DNA from: Nemertoderma westbladi
Lineage: Eukaryota; Animalia; Xenacoelomorpha
Reading direction: 5' to 3'
Assembly: GCA_032718475.1 (NCBI GenBank)
Contig: JAUCBJ010001793.1
Span: 1-64,000, forward strand
Length of the DNA stretch: 64,000 nucleotides
The stretch's first letter is position 1. Each line of letters opens with the position of its first letter. The notes below the pieces were generated by a model. That model saw nothing but the letters and a program-made list of their open reading frames with translations. It had not been told where the DNA came from and made no database searches. A program made the position numbers and the translations under genes. Of the stretch, positions 14,301-27,199 are shown in pieces.

Positions 14301-15141
14301 TAGGCTCGGCTCGGCTCGGCTCAGCTCGGCTCGGCTCGGCTCGGTTCGGTTCGGCTCGGCTCGGCTCGGCTCGGCTCGGCTCGGCTCGGCTCGGCTCGGC
14401 TCGGCTCGGCTAGGCTCGGCTCGGCTCGGCTCGGCTCGGCTCGGCTCGGCTCGGCTCGGCTCGGCTCGGCTCGGCTCGGCTCGGCCCGGCCCGGCCCGGC
14501 TCGGCTCGGCTCGGCTCGGCTCGGCTCGGCTCGGCTCGGCTCGGCTCGGCTCGGCACGGCTCGGCTCGGCTCGGCACGGCTCGGCTCGGCTCGGCTCGGC
14601 TCGGCTCGGCTCGGCTCGGCTCGGCTCGGCTCGGCTCGGCTCGGCTCGGCTCGGCTCGGCTCGGCTCGGCTCGGCTCGGCTCGGCTCGGCTCGGCTCGGC
14701 TCGGCTCGGCTCGGCTCGGCTCGGCTCGGCTCGGCTCGGCTCGGCTCGGCTCGGCTCGGCTCGGCTCGGCTCGGCTCGGCTCGGCTCGGCTCGGCTCGGC
14801 TCGGCTCGGCTCGGCTCGGCTCGGCTCGGCTCGGCTCGGCTCGGCTCGGCTCGGCTCGGCTCGGCTCGGCTCGGCTCGGCTCGGCTCGGCTCGGCTCGGC
14901 TCGGCTCGGCTCGGCTCGGCACGGCTCGGCTCGGCTCGGCTCGGCTCGGCTCGGCTCGGCTCGGCTCGGCTCGGCTCGGCTCGGCTCGGCTCGGCTCGGC
15001 TCGGCTCGGCTCGGCTCGGCTCGGCTCGGCTCGGCTCGGCTCGGCTCGGCTCGGCTCGGCTCGGCTCGGCTCGGCTCGGCTCGGCTCAGCTTGGCTCGGC
15101 ACGGCTCGGCTCGGCTCGGCTTGGCTCGGCTTGGCTCGGTC
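14301..15141. repeat. (GGCTC)n microsatellite
   Basis: Near-pure pentamer run inside a B unit. Confidence 0.97.
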
Positions 15142-18100
15142 TGAGTCAACTCCCCGTGCTGCTCGAAGGGCGCAAATACATATATCGAAGGGTCAAAGCA
15201 AAACTCACGTGCTGCTCGAAGGGACAAAGTCAAACAATGTGTCTATTATTTTATGTAATTCACGTGCTGCTCGAAGGGCGCAAATACATATATCGAAGCC
15301 GAAGGGTCAAAGCAAAACTCACGAGCTGCTCGAAGGGACAAAGTCAAACATTGTGTCTATTATTTGATCATCTCACGTGCTGCTCGAAGGGCGCAACTAC
15401 ATATATCGAAACAAGCCCCTGTCTTGTATTTTAATTACATCAGAAATCGTTGCCTTCAGTACAAATATCTAAAAATTCATTCACCTGAAGTATGGGTAAC
15501 ATTATAAATTCGTTTTTCGCACAGTAGAGTTAACTAAAGCAAATACCCTTCAGGTTGACTGAATGATTTTATTAATGTTTGCCATGCATAATGTACTATA
15601 TTTGGGTCCCATGACCCACCCCATTGAACAGCTTTGCTTACATCTGATAGAAAGTAATCCCAAATTAACTTCCCTCTACGAAAATTATTTTAATTAAATA
15701 CATACAACATAGTAGTCAACTCTGCTATCAACAGTACACAATAACTAAAATGGCATTCAGCTTACCAGCTATTCGCATTAAGCTAATAGATATAGGATTT
15801 CATTCGATTCAGTGAGTGTGTGAGGGCTATTGGGAGAGCAATCAGCTTATGATGTAATACATTAGAATCCCACGGCTTTTGTTTGCTTACTGTCTGAGTT
15901 GTAGAGTGAGGATAATACTTGGCACAGAAAGCATTTCCTTGTTAGGTGGCCATTCCTATAGAATAGCATTACTAGGCCATCTCTATCCATTTTTCATGAG
16001 TGCCAGCTGGTGTTTTTATCATTGCGCCTATGGCGTTTTTTCGTTTATGTCTATTTTTCGAGCCCACGGCTCATGGACGAAATAGCGGAACATACCAGGG
16101 ACCTTAGAATCGCGGTATCTAGCCGCTGTGAAAATTTCATCAAAATCGTTAGAGTAGTTTTGGCTATAGATTAGTCAGTCAGTCAGTCAGTCAGCCAGTC
16201 TCGAGCAATTCTTACAGTAATGAACCTCTCGGTTCCTAACTAGAGACGGCGTCAAGACGCCGTTAAGCAAGTCGGAAGTCGTCAATCAAAGGTAAGTTCC
16301 CTCAACAATGTTTACCTTTGTTCAGAAGGGAAGTGTTATTTATCTATGGTCAGAGAGAGATCCCACTCTGTAATTTGGCAATTGCTCAAATCCATTCAGC
16401 TGAATGACTCAGTAGAGTAAACTAAAGTAAATTCCCTCAGCCTCAACAATGTTTGCCTATGGTGTGAAGGGAATCTGACAGAGAATAATCTTAGCCACTA
16501 AATGTCATTCACCTAACAAAACATTTTGAATGCCACAGTGATTAACCCAATACAGATAATAAGCAGTTATTTTTATATTTCAAACTATAATGTTAGTGTA
16601 AGCCTTACAGAGTATCAGTATGAGGCTGAGTAAACATTCCGCCTTATAAGCACACAGCCTCCACAGTATTAATGTTGGCCAAAAGATTTAAAAATAAAAT
16701 ACAGTGCAATAGTACTCTGTAACCTACAGTCATTCAGCTTGCACTAAATATCAATCACCTATAAAACATTTAAACATTTTGAATGCCACAGTGTGTAACC
16801 TGATACAGATAATAAGCAGTGATTTTTATGTTTTAAACTATAACGTTAGTGTTAGACTTACAGTGTATCAGTATGAAGCTGAGTAAACATTCGCCTTATA
16901 AGCATACAACCTCCAAAATATTAATGTTGGACGAAAGATTTAAAAATAAAATACAGTGCAGTAGTACTCTGTAACTAACAGTCATTCAGCTTGCACTAAA
17001 TGTCAATCACCTATAAAACATTTTGAATGCCACAGTGATTATTAACCCAATACAGATAATAAGAAGTGATTTTTATATTTCAAACTATAATGTTAGTCTT
17101 AGCCTTACAGAGTATCAGTATAAGGCTGAGTAAACATTCCACCTTATAAGCATACAGCCTCCACAGTATTAATGTTGGCATTAATGTAGCCGATACACTG
17201 TATACCTAATAGTCATTCAGCAGGGGGAAGAGTTATTCAGCTGAGGCGGTAATAGATTGCAAACTAAACCAACCAGTTGGCAGCCTCATCGATTTATACT
17301 AAGCCTGTGTAGAAAGAACCACAAACGAAATCAACCAGTTAATATTTGCTTTGACAGAGAGTGCAGGGCCTAAACAAACAGTATGGGTGTACTAAGTACA
17401 ATAATCTTGGCAACCTCATCGATTTATTACTAAGCCTTGTGTAGAAATGCATTAGATAAGCCATTTTTCATCAGGACACCAGCTGTCATTGGTGTTATTT
17501 TACCATTGCGCCTATGGCGTTTTTTTCGTTTATCTCTTTTTTTCGAACACAGAGGCTATGGACGGAGTAGCCGATCATGCCAGGGACCTTAGAATCGCGG
17601 TATCTAGATGCTGTGAAAATTTCATCAAAATCGTTAGAGTAGTTTTGGCTGTAGGTCAGTCAGTCAGTCAGTCAGTCAGTCAGTCAATCAGTCAGCCACG
17701 AGCAATTCTTACAGTAATCAAGTCTAACGACTTGCTAACTAGTGACGGGCCTAGCGGCCCGATAAGGAACCGACTTTTTATTTTAAATAAAAGAGACAAC
17801 GAGAATAAATATAGAACTAATCATTATGTAAAAATACAATCATATTTCATACAATAATTATTAATAAATTCAATCAATTATTAGTTGCTCAATTCTAGAA
17901 CAAAAACGACATGCAACTAGTGAAGACCTCGTTTTGGAATTTCGAAACCACGCTGGTGCGATGCGCGATATCGTGTTTAGTTAATAAATTGAAAACTCCA
18001 TCAATTCATGTGCAACCAGTAATAAGAAATCGCGATAAATGTAATTAAATAAAAATTATTCTAGAAAAATTTTCCTCAAAAAGTATGAAGTATTGGCATT

Positions 18101-20043
18101 GGTGACGCGAAACTAGGCTAGTGAGATTCAGGATATTGCGTTTAATATAAAAATCAAAAACGCTATCAAATTCCGTAAAGGCATTAATAAAATACTGCAA
18201 CTTTTTTGAAATTTGTAAAATTCTAGAACTAGAAAAAATTAATTTTTGAACGGTGCTGTTTGGGGTTTCGAAAAATGGATAGGCCTAAAGAGGACGTCGA
18301 ATTAAGTTGAAAAATAAAAACCCCATCGAATTTGGACAAAGCGTTCCGGAGTTATAGCGGATCGAAAAAAATTGACCCCCCCCCCAGTCGCCAAAAATTT
18401 ACAGTAATTTAAAATTTTGCAAAAAAAATTTTTTGCGTTATTTTTGATGGCGAATCGATTGGCAGTACTGGCTACAAAAAATTTTTTTTGAAATTTTTGG
18501 TCAGAAAAAAAAACATGGAAAAAGTATCTTTTTAAAAAGATTTGATGTCTTTGCCTATGGTCAGAGAATGATCCAACTCTGTAACTTGGCAATCGCTCAA
18601 ATCCATTCAGCTGAATGGCACAGTAGAGTAAACTAAAGTAAATTCCCTATACAATGTTCTGAAGGGGAGACTGACAGAGTAATCCAACAATAAAACATTT
18701 TGCAATAATGTTGGCATTAATGTAGCCAACACACTACTGCATACTAAACCGTCATTCAGCTTACATTAGCAGAGGGAGAAACTTGGATACTCAACTAGAA
18801 TGCATTGGGAAGAGTTATTCAGCTGAGGCAATAATAGATTTCAAACTAAACCAACCAGTTTATATTTGCTTTGACAGGGCCTAAACAAACAGTATGGGTG
18901 TACTGAGTACAATAATCTTGGCAACCTCATCGATTTATACTAAGCCTTGTGTAGAAATCCATTACATAAGCCATTTTTCATCACGACACCAGCTGTTATT
19001 GGTGTTATTTTACCATTGCGCCTATGGCGTTTTTTCGTTTATGTCTATTTTTCGAGCCCACGGCTCATGGACGAAATAGCGGAACATACCAGGGACCTTA
19101 GAATCGCGGTATCCAGCCGCTGTGAAAATTTCATCAAAATCGTTAGAGTAGTTTTGGCTATAGATTAGCCAGTCAGCCAGTCAATCAGCCAACAATTCTT
19201 ACAGTAATGAACCTCTCGGTTCCTGACTAGTGACGGGCCTAGCGGCCCGATAAGGAACCGACTTTTTATTTTAAATGAAAGAGACAACGAGAATTAGTAT
19301 AGAACTAATAATTATGTAAAAATACAATCATATTTCATACAATAATTATTAATAAATTCGATCTATTAATAGTTGCTCAATTCTAGAACAAAATCGACCT
19401 GCAACTAGTGAAGACCTCGTTTTGGAATTTCGAAACCACACTGGTGCGATGCGCGATATCGTGTTTAGTTAATAAATTGAAAACTCTATCAATTCATGTG
19501 CAACCAGTAATAAGAAATCGCTATAAATGTAATTAAATACAAGTTATTCTAGAAAAATTTTCCTCAAAAAGTATGAAGTCTTGGCATTGGTGACGCGAAA
19601 CTAGGCTAGTGAGATTCAGGATATTGCGTTTAATATAAAAATCGAAACCGCTATCGAATTCCGTAAAGGCGTTAATAAAATACTGCAACTTTTTTGAAAT
19701 TTGTAAAATTCTAGAACTAGAAAAATATAATCTTTGAACGGCGCTGTTTGGGGTTTCGAAACATGGATAGGCTGAAAGAGGACATCGAATTAAGTTGAAA
19801 AATGAAAACCCCATCGAATTTGGACAAAGAGTTCCGGAGTTATAGCGGATCGAAAAAAATTTACCCCCCCCAGTCGCCAAAAATTTACAGTAATTTAAAA
19901 TTTTGCAAAAAAAATTTTTTGCGTTATTTTTGATGGCGAATCGATTGTATATGCATTAATTTTATACGCAAAATAAAATAGGTATATATTAGTTCTCTAT
20001 CTTGTCTAAAGTTTCTGGTTAGTTCTGAGTCTACATGGCAGAA

Positions 20044-21546
20044 TCATCTTTGTTCAGCAGAAATCTCGTAATCCTGGGGAGAAAGTGTACCTCCAAAGCG
20101 GAATGTTGTTGGTGGAGACTCATTGCCTTCGGGAACACTGAAGCGGAATTTGTGCATTAGAGTCGTGAAAAATATATACAATTCAGATCTCGCCAATTTT
20201 TCACCTAAACAAACACGAGGACCGAGTCCAAAGGGTATAAATGATTCAACTGAAATTGATTTTCCTTCTTCATCAATAAATCTATTTGGATCAAATTTCA
20301 TTGGGTCTTTCCATTCATCGTTGAAACACAAGTTGTAAATGCTGTAAGAAAGAAGTGCGTCTTTCGGTATATCAAAATCACCAACACTAAATGTTGAGCT
20401 CACTTCATGGATTAAAGCTACTGGTATAATGCACCCTCTTCTAAGTGTTTCTTGAAGAACAGCATTAACGTATACCAATTGATCTTTATCAGAAGGAAGT
20501 GGCAAGCGGTTTCTACCAACTACTCTATCAATCTCTTCATGCACCTTAACTTGAACTTCGGGATTCAAAATCATAAACAAAAGAGCCCAGTACAAGGCAC
20601 TGCTTGTCGTTTCACTTCCTGCCAAGAACAAATCGCGAACTGTCGATATGAGACTAAACTCATTGAAAACATCGTCAGCAAATCCACGTATACTTTCTTC
20701 TACAAGATACGCATCTATTAAGTCGCTGATACAATTTTCATCAAATACATTCCTATGACGATCAATCTCTTCTTTAGCGAATCGATCAATCTCTTTAGAG
20801 AGAAGATATACCTTATTTGCCGCAGTTCCGGGAATATTGATAAACCAAGTTGTTAATAATGTTGGCCAATGCTGTGTTGCAGATTGGGCAAGCTCGTCTA
20901 GGATGTGCAATTGATTTATAAATTTATCATCATCGTATTCAAATCTGTGACCAAAGATAAACCCACAAATGATATTGGAAACCGCTGATACAAGAAGTAA
21001 CCTTGGATTAAACGGCTGCTTTTCTTTCGGAATAAATTCCGTAAGTATTCGAGCCTCGTCTATTATTCTTTCTTCCATGGGATTTTTTCCTAATCCCAAA
21101 TCACGCATCACAGATAAGGTAAACCGCCTTGTCTCCCTCCAGACGCGTCCACTGGAATTACCCAATCCAACAGTATTACCCCTCTTTTTATCATAATAAA
21201 TATAATTCAAAACCACAAGTTTCGACATTCTATCACTTGTTTTAGACCCTTGAGTCACAAAAGCATTCTTTATATCTTTATATTCAAGCAAATTCATGAA
21301 CTCTAGATTAAGGAAACGAAGTCGAAACATGCTTCCATATGTTTTCCCCATGTTTACCATTGCTTGATGAATGTTATTTCTCTCTTTCCTTATCTCCTTC
21401 ATTAGCCGTGGGTCAAACAAAGGTAACATGAATCGGGGCATGGGTGGCAACCTCAGTCCACGGTGTTTGTCAGTTAATCGCAGATATGTAAAAATGAAAA
21501 TGAAGGTAAAAATAGCTAAATATATGAATATATCAGCTGTCATCAT
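20044..21546 (-). CDS. Cytochrome P450, clan 2 (CYP2-like), single coding exon, 500 aa
   Basis: N-terminal TM anchor and proline-rich hinge, WRETR (C-helix), AGSETTS (I-helix), ETLR (K-helix), PNRF (PERF), heme motif FGLGPRVCLG; uninterrupted ORF. Confidence 0.97.
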   Translation of the reverse strand: MMTADIFIYLAIFTFIFIFTYLRLTDKHRGLRLPPMPRFMLPLFDPRLMKEIRKERNNIHQAMVNMGKTYGSMFRLRFLNLEFMNLLEYKDIKNAFVTQGSKTSDRMSKLVVLNYIYYDKKRGNTVGLGNSSGRVWRETRRFTLSVMRDLGLGKNPMEERIIDEARILTEFIPKEKQPFNPRLLLVSAVSNIICGFIFGHRFEYDDDKFINQLHILDELAQSATQHWPTLLTTWFINIPGTAANKVYLLSKEIDRFAKEEIDRHRNVFDENCISDLIDAYLVEESIRGFADDVFNEFSLISTVRDLFLAGSETTSSALYWALLFMILNPEVQVKVHEEIDRVVGRNRLPLPSDKDQLVYVNAVLQETLRRGCIIPVALIHEVSSTFSVGDFDIPKDALLSYSIYNLCFNDEWKDPMKFDPNRFIDEEGKSISVESFIPFGLGPRVCLGEKLARSELYIFFTTLMHKFRFSVPEGNESPPTTFRFGGTLSPQDYEISAEQR

Positions 21547-22848
21547 TGCAGTTCAAATGTAAAGTAGTAAACAGGAAATAAATTAGACAAATAATATTTA
21601 ACTCTATATGTAATATATATGTAGGGAGTAAATACTTCTGCTTGGCAGTCATTTATCGACCTACTCAAATTGGTAATTTCTTCAATCAATTTTGATGGGG
21701 AAAATCACTAAATAAATTAATTATCTCTAAAATATATTTATCATGACTAAATATGGGAAAGAAGCAGGTTTACAGTGGCACGTTGTTTTACCCAAAACAA
21801 AACAAAACAGGTAACAGTTTTATTTTTTATGATAAAAAAAATTATATCCATTTTAGTGATATTTAAGATATTTTAAAGAATAAATATATATAATTTAGTG
21901 AGAAAAATTTAGCCAAAAAACATTTAATTTAGTAAAAATCATTTGATTTAGTGACCAATTAAGCGCCTTTGCTTTATTATCTACAAGAAATCCGCACATT
22001 CAGCTAGTTGTTGTGTGTATTGAGGACAGTGTTTATGGAGGATCTGTGAGCGTCACACTCACCACACACACAAACTCTAGTGATCTAATATTGTATAATC
22101 TTCCTGGTCATATAGCTATTGACTGACTCGACTGGCTAACTTTAAGCGGTGAAATTGCAAGGCTGGGATTTTTTGGCAATGATATGTTCACTTATTTTTC
22201 CTTTTATATTAAGAAAAACATTGGAGGCAACGTGGTGTAACTCCCTCTACGTCCCCGACGGAACACAAATGTCATGGATCCGGATGAATTCAACACGCTG
22301 TTAATTTACAGCGGGAGCGGCGTTAGTTAAGCAATTTTAATAAACTGTAAGGAATGTGTTCAGATGGGAATGAGGTCATATTAGTGACAGGTGGTGGTTG
22401 GTTCATCGCGTGATGTGCAATACAAAGTCCACTCTATAACTAATTATTGATAGATTAAGTAAAAATTAAATAAAGGGATTGCAGTATTTGTTGATAGTTA
22501 TGACGACATAATAACATCATCATAGTGATAAATTTGAGCCAATGAGAAGGTAGAAATGATAATTCCATTACAAATTCTCAACTTACAGTAATGCCAGCAC
22601 GAGCCCCGCCAATATCCCCCCCCCCCCCCCCCCCAAGGGACTATGTAATAAATCCCTGGTCATGGTCAATATCACTAAATGTCCCCAAACCGAGTTTGCT
22701 TTACTTGCAATACCAGACAGGAATTGGACCACTCTACCACCATGATCAGTGTGTCAGGAGCGTTACAAGAAGGACGGTCCTTTCATGTAACGATTGTTTA
22801 TGTAATGCGGACGCCTTACATGATTGGACGCATGATCATGTCCAAAGA

Positions 22849-24092
22849 TTGTGGGGCGAGCGACGAAAGTACGTGAGCTTAGCATACAGGTACCACTAAC
22901 TCAATCGGTGTGTCTGTTGCTCTGTTGTGTCCAATTTTAAACGTTAAATAACTCAGCCAAATCTCGATAAAATATATCCAAACTTGGTACATCCTGAAGT
23001 CTGGCAAAAGTTTAGAAATTTTCCAAGTTGAATTTGCGTGTGGTCTTCGTGCAGCATCTGTGTAACTGTCTTGCAGTTATAATAAATTTATCTATCCAAA
23101 AATTATTAGGCTTGGCATCAGCTGGTTGCTAGGAGACTGCAGGATATATCTGGTGGGTTTGAAATTCAGCAATACCCGGTACAATGCAGCAATAATGTGG
23201 CCTTGGGAAGTGTGGTAGGCCTATTTCACTTTCAGCCATTCCAGCATTTCCAGAATGCAGAGTATGACACCGGTACCATGCATGAGATCCTGTACTCAGT
23301 ACCGGTACTGCTCACTGCTGTTGAGGAATGTGGTAGGCCTTGCTCTCTAGGCCGGTTGTCAGTCTGTCAGTGTGGTACTGCTACTGCATTATCTGAGTCC
23401 TGCAATTGCCTGAGTGATGTCTGAATTGCGATATCAGCCATATCATGTACCGGTACGGTACCTTAATATTATTAAACATATGTTTGACAGTACGGTACCG
23501 GTACTGTTACAGTGGTACAGAGTTACCGGTACCGTTTTCAGGTTGTTGGCGCCACCCAACCCACCAATCGGCTCGGCAACCATGCAAGTTTTGAAATTAT
23601 GCGGACTTAAGACAGACTGCCATATTGTCAGGTTGTATCAGGATCAGCTGACCTTTATTCCTTGATACGGTATCCAATACTGCACTAGGTACCCCAACAG
23701 CCCATACTGCAATACCCAGCAACGTTTTGGAATTGTGCCGGTACTCAAACAACTCGCCATCAATGCCACCGCCTCTGTCTGTCGCAGTGTCGTGGGCGAC
23801 CTCGACTTTTGGTATCGCTACTGCGCTAGCGCTACGGGCAAACTGAACTAACCGATGAGCTAGACCCGAGGACTGAAGAATGCATATAATTTTTTGAGTA
23901 GTTTGACTGTGGACTTCTATGACATCGATTCCAAGCTGACAATGCGAAAGTTTTGTTTTAAGTAAAAGTTTGGTTAAATTTTCTTAATTATTTATTTAAA
24001 TTTCTTAAGTACCGATTTTGGGATAGAATTGCTCAATTTTAATCTGTATCTAATAACTGACCCTCGTCCTGCGCGATGGCCCCACGAACGTG
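22849..24092 (+). mobile_element. Non-autonomous DNA element of a second dispersed family (HINE/MITE-like)
   Basis: Left end 'tgtggggcgagcgacg...gagcttag' recurs at 53818 (+) and about 39983 (-). Right end 'cctcgtcctgcgcgatggccccacgaacgtg' recurs at about 41912 and 54100. The two ends are loosely inverted to each other. Confidence 0.5.
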
Positions 24093-27000
24093 TTTGCTGA
24101 TGACACAAGTCTCCTCCACGTAGGTAATGAACCTTTAGCTGTAATCAATAGTGTAAACATCGAGTTCGATAAAATTGTAGATTGGCTCCATAATAATAAA
24201 TTATCCCCAAATGTAAAAAAAACTGAATATTCTATATTTACTAATAATGTTGACCTTAATTCCCTCCCTAAAGTGAAGCTAAAATTTGCGAGTTTGCAGA
24301 GATCTAATATTTCAAAATACTTAGGAATAAAAATAGATAGCAAATTATCTTGGAAATCACACGTAACCTTTATACTAAAAAAAATTATTAAACATGTGGC
24401 ATTTTTATAAATTACGCCACATATTCCCCCTCCATATTCTTAGAACTTTATACTTCTCTTTAATTCACCCCCATATATCCAATACGGAATTACAGTTTGG
24501 GGGAAGTACATATGAATCCGTAATAAAACCGCTCCGTACTAAAATTAATAAAGTATTACGCACTATCACTTTTAGCGCACCAGATCCAACATCGTTTCGT
24601 CAAGCATCCTCACTCCCCATTTACCAGTCACTTGATATTTTACCTGTTGACCAATTATATAAACATGAAGTAATCAAATTTATGTACGATATACATCATA
24701 AAGTGTTTCAATTCTCCGGAAATATATAATTTATTTACTAAAACATCTAAAGTCCACCATTACCGTTTCTAAATAATACCTTTACCTCCTGGGATGGGTC
24801 CGATAGGCCGCATATAAGTGCGGCGAATGTGGCCGATGCAATTAAGGACCTTGAGCCTGGAAAGGCGGCTGGCCCCGATGGTATATGTCCCGAATCTCTG
24901 AAATTTGCAGGAAATCGCCTCCCTGTTATATTATGCCTCTTGTTTAATAGCTTCCTCACCGATGGCTTCCTGCCGCAGTCATTAATATCCTGTAACCTGA
25001 TCCCAGTTGTGAAAAAAAAGAACTGCTCGTTGTCCGATGATAACAACTACAGGCCTATTGCAACCGCTTCATCACTGTCTAAAGTTCTAGAACACTGTTT
25101 ACTCCCCCACATTAAATCACACGTTAACCTAACTAGCAATCAATTTGGTTTTTCAAACCAACCTATCACTGAAACTTGTGTCTTCGCCCTTAAGGAATCA
25201 GTTCATCTGTACGTATCACGTGACTCGCCGGTGTATGCTGCCTTCCTTGATGCGTCTAAGGCGTTTGATAACGTTAACTACTATAAGTTGTTCAAAAAGA
25301 TGTTCGATCTTAGGATTTCCGTCTGTGTGATTAGAATATTATTTTTCTGGTATACCAACCAGCTTATTTCAGTATCTTAGGGCTCGTCTCAAAGTAAATG
25401 GTTCACAGTCTGCAATGGCGTTCGTCAGGGAAGTTTGATTTCCCCGATTTTGTTCAACATCTACCTCGATGAACTGAGTCAGCGTCTTAACAGTTCTATA
25501 GTGGGCTGTATAGTATCAAAATTACTGATTAATCACCTTTTATACGCTGATGACGTTTGTCTCATTTCTCCTAGTATCTACGGTCTCCGTGGCCTCCTCC
25601 GCATCTGCGAGAATTATGGACTGCAGTTCGACATCTCCTTTAATCCGTCGAAGTCGAAGTGTATGTATTTCTCCGCAACTAAATTCGGCCGCATGGGTGA
25701 CGTATATTTGAACGGAAAGATTCTAGAATGTGTTAAAGAATATACTTATTTGGGACACAACACATAATATCCTGTGACTTATCCGACGAACCGGATATGA
25801 CGCGCACCAAGCGATCTCTTTATTGTAGAGGAAACCAGCTCTCCCGTATGTTTTCGAAGTGCAGTTTACCTATAAAGACTCTTCTCTTTAAGGCTTATTG
25901 CTATTCGCTATATTGTGCATCCGTATGGTCGACTTTCCGTGTAGAGTGTTTGCGGACCGTTAAGGTGGCGTAAAACTCTGCATTCAGACATCTATTTGGG
26001 TATACACGTTGCGACGACGCTGACACAATACATGTCTGCCACCGTGTTAACAACTTCAAAGCTGTCAGCCGGGTACTGGCATTCTCGTTGCGTAATCGCG
26101 TCGCAATTTCCTGCAATCCAATCCTTGTAGCTTGTGCAAACTTAGGTTACTCATCTCTCACTGATCGATGGGATGTGCTGCTTCTGTAATGCTCACCCCC
26201 CACTTCATGGCTTGCCCCCACATTATCGCGGCCTTCTCATATTTCAAATCCTTGCAAATATTATATAATATGAATTAATTCAATGTATATCTTAATATTT
26301 TTTTTTTGAATACATCACACTTGAGCTACCGGTACTCAATTTTAATATTTAATATTTTGAATTCAGTAATGGGAATTGCTATTCTTTCGGTATTGGTTGG
26401 GCAGTGCCTGAGTGTATCTTTTTTTTGTTTTTTTTTGTATAATATTGTGCTTCAAATTGGAAATGCGGTACCTTGGATATCGATTTAATTTAGTATTCTA
26501 TATAGTGTTCAATGTATCCTTGTGCATATAGGTATTAATTGTGCTATGCTGTTAAATTTGGTAGTAATAATCTGTACTGTATGTTTTATGGGCTCTGCCC
26601 GATGAATAAACTTGAAATTGAAATTACGGCACACGTTCAGTTACCAGTGATTCATTTTATGTACCTCCAATCAAACTAGTAGTAGCCATGCCCATGCAAT
26701 CAATACGTTACCAGGGACCTATACTCTGGAACTCAATAGGAACCGATTATCGAAATTCTAAAACAAAAAGGTCTTTTTCGGTTAAAGTAAAACGTAAATT
26801 ACTTAATAATAATACTTAAATGATATATTTATTAGTAATTATTAACCCAATGGTCTGTCTGGTGCTTTCTACTAAATTTAATTTGTCTAATTTATTGCAT
26901 TATTGTTTTAGATTCATTGGTATCAATTAGATATGTGTTGTGTTGATATGTTGCAGCTACGACTGAGTATAATAACAATTAATACCATTGTATAATAATG

Positions 27001-27190
27001 AAGTAATGACATGTAAATGACAAGACTAATCAGCCCCCCCCCCCCCCCTCCCCACCCCACCAAACCCCCTCCCTAGTTTCCAACATTTACTAGCGTTGCT
27101 ACTCGTTGGTGCCTCCCAGTTATATATTTATTGTGATTAGTGCAATTTAAATATTTTTTATTACTGGGAAATATATATATTTGATTTGGA
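24090..27190 (+). mobile_element. 5'-truncated, decayed non-LTR retrotransposon (CR1/L2-group RT C-terminus), interrupted by a nested LINE
   Basis: FADDT and KYLGIKID motifs. The frame ...SKVHHY stops at 24763 and resumes GTRS...QSIRYQGPILWNS at 26628. It ends in an ATTTG-like tail near 27190. Confidence 0.8.
24764..26627 (+). mobile_element. Nested 5'-truncated LINE (RT fragment with stops)
   Basis: KAAGPDGI, NYRPI, FLDASKAFD, GVRQG, YADD and YLG motifs; AATAAA plus (TTGAAA)n tail; ATTAC direct repeat at 24759-24763 and 26623-26627. Confidence 0.88.
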
Positions 27191-27199
27191 ATAATGTGC

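Larger units (their letters stand above)
1..19947 (-). mobile_element. Tandem head-to-tail array of about 15 non-autonomous Helentron/HINE (DINE-1-like) elements of two terminal types (A, B)
   Basis: Units join at CTAG (1082, 2190, 3681, 5283, 7594, 7928, 10102, 10436, 12031, 13832, 14166, 16240, 17739, 19227). Read on the - strand, each unit has a 5' subTIR plus short inverted repeat, a (GACT/GGCT)n microsatellite, a core 'acgattttgatgaaattttcacagc', a variable interior, a 3' subTIR and a GC-rich hairpin (A: acggcgtc-aa-gacgccgt; B: cgggcc-tagc-ggcccg). This matches established HINE/DINE-1 architecture. No RepHel ORF. The last unit is truncated at about 19947. Confidence 0.8.

Noticed and set aside
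8168-15233. Long SARLG/AEPSR ORFs
   Set aside because: Translations of the (GGCTC)n microsatellite, open in all frames.
781-19880. Recurrent 60-180 aa ORFs (MHYISHF..., MPSYRVG...)
   Set aside because: They arise from non-coding repeat cores; frames shift between copies and there are no domain motifs.
22591-22899. Proline-run ORF
   Set aside because: Caused by a poly-C tract, which is common throughout this window; no recognisable domain.
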